Positions 62,767 through 64,000 of a stretch of 64,000 bases of DNA are shown here, one piece after another; within the stretch, counting starts at the first letter, position 1, and each line of letters begins with the position of its first letter. The notes beneath the pieces were generated by a model. It was given only the letters and a program-made list of their open reading frames with translations. It searched no databases and was not told the origin of the DNA. The position numbers were made by a program, and so were the translations under genes. This DNA comes from Escherichia virus TH47. The stretch lies in sequence record MT446416.1; one strand, 5' to 3'.

Positions 62767-63126
62767 TTATGGATTAATCAAACGACACATACCAACTATA
62801 ACATTTATCTCTTCTAATGTCAAGTCACCAATGTCATTTATCATTGAGTACTGGAATAATGACTCTTCTGTGTACTCAAAATCACGTACTGCTATAAAAA
62901 TTGGCTCCTTAGAAACATCTAATGTTATCTTAGCCATTGTACTATATAAATCAAATTGATACAAAATATTAGGAGAAGTATATGCTATGTATATATTATT
63001 ACATTCTGATGGATGTACCAGTGTGAATCCATCATAACATAATATTTTTATGTTAGGATCATCAAAATTACCAGTATAAAGATTCTTACGAACATCTTGC
63101 ATTATACAAGTTATTAAACTAGTCAT
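62767..63126 (-). CDS. FQYS-family protein (119 aa)
   Basis: C-terminal EESLFQYSMINDIGDLTLEEINVIVGMCRL. Confidence 0.6.
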   Translation of the reverse strand: MTSLITCIMQDVRKNLYTGNFDDPNIKILCYDGFTLVHPSECNNIYIAYTSPNILYQFDLYSTMAKITLDVSKEPIFIAVRDFEYTEESLFQYSMINDIGDLTLEEINVIVGMCRLINP

Positions 63127-63535
63127 TAAACGGATTTAGAACCTCTTCTGGAATTAATCTTTGAACTTTAAGTATAGCATTAATGTCCTCAAATGTCAAT
63201 CCATTTAGATCGTTTACGAGACAGTACTGAAAGAATTTTTCTTCAGTATCTATATCGTCAAAATTCAATTCAATTCTAGTGTCAATATAATCACTATTTA
63301 CATTAGCAATTCTGATTTTAACTCGTTCAAAATACACATCAAATGAATAAAAATGATCATTGATTTCATAACCAAGAAAAATATTAAAACATTTACTCAA
63401 ATCAGTGGTTTCGTTCAAATCGCCATCATAGCAAAAAACTCTAACTTCACCAATATCTTCTAATTGTACATCATGCAGTGACCATGCGTTGTTTTTTAAT
63501 ACGTAGTTCACCATTTTAACAATGTTGTATTTCAT
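63119..63535 (-). CDS. FQYS-family protein (138 aa)
   Basis: C-terminal EEKFFQYCLVNDLNGLTFEDINAILKVQRL. Confidence 0.6.
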   Translation of the reverse strand: MKYNIVKMVNYVLKNNAWSLHDVQLEDIGEVRVFCYDGDLNETTDLSKCFNIFLGYEINDHFYSFDVYFERVKIRIANVNSDYIDTRIELNFDDIDTEEKFFQYCLVNDLNGLTFEDINAILKVQRLIPEEVLNPFND

Positions 63536-63552
63536 AGTGTACCTTAAAAAAT

Positions 63553-63960
63553 TTATTTACGATTCCTTGCGGAGTTCTTGTTCCTCGCTCTGAATGTTGG
63601 TGTCATCGAATGACAATTAGGGCAAAGGATTTTTAAATTCGGTAGGTCATTATTTGTAGCATCACCATCAATGTGCTCAACTTCTGTCAGTACTGCACCA
63701 TCAACTGGGTGACGTTTATCCCATCCACATTCTTCACATGCAGTTCCGCGTGTTTCATGTAGATATCTTCTCACAAATGGGCATAACTGTATGGTAATAC
63801 CTTTATATCCAGGATGTTCACCGTTAAGCCATTTATCAACTTTCTGTTGATATTGTAGCTCTTGTTGACATGCAACACTACAATATTTTGTTTGGCCCTT
63901 TCGAACCAATTCAATTTTACAACATGTACAATAACGTTTTTCTTTCATATAGTTCTCCAT
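63553..63960 (-). CDS. HNH endonuclease (135 aa)
   Basis: HIDGDATNNDLPNLKILCPNCH core plus N-terminal CxxC pairs. Confidence 0.7.
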   Translation of the reverse strand: MENYMKEKRYCTCCKIELVRKGQTKYCSVACQQELQYQQKVDKWLNGEHPGYKGITIQLCPFVRRYLHETRGTACEECGWDKRHPVDGAVLTEVEHIDGDATNNDLPNLKILCPNCHSMTPTFRARNKNSARNRK

Positions 63961-64000
63961 ATATTATGGAGTATTTATATGTAAGAAAAATATCATTTTT

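Overview
This 64-kb window looks like an accessory, hyperplastic stretch of a low-GC virulent dsDNA phage genome. Almost all genes are short and on the minus strand. Recognisable products are a T4 endonuclease V (DenV) homolog, a sigma-70-family factor, an AAA+ ATPase, several freestanding HNH endonucleases and three zinc-ribbon-repeat nuclease-like proteins. The most unusual content is four expanded paralog families: (1) seven tandem RCC1-like beta-propeller genes (14.4-23.5 kb, plus strand) with a nucleotide-conserved 5' cassette; (2) at least 14 small genes (59-75 aa; 10.3-14.4 kb, minus strand) sharing an N-terminal KEYYIxKL leader, with truncated and frameshifted copies; (3) at least 12 small polytopic membrane proteins; (4) a family with a C-terminal FQYS motif. 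Two repeated regulatory cassettes punctuate the region: an early promoter plus 5'-UTR stem-loop module (about 13 copies, 0.8-8.3 kb), and a 45-bp terminator hairpin that embeds the -35 box of the next promoter (11 copies). A 2-kb non-coding block (8.35-10.3 kb) carries iterons, direct repeats and promoter-plus-CCCACCGGGTGC units, and a GC-elevated 600-bp ORF-free island sits next to an endonuclease gene near 50 kb. All calls rest on reading the sequence and on motif recognition from memory; no database search was run. Only about a third of the many hypothetical ORFs are listed individually as features; the 26-64 kb ORFs not itemised are covered by family in the findings.
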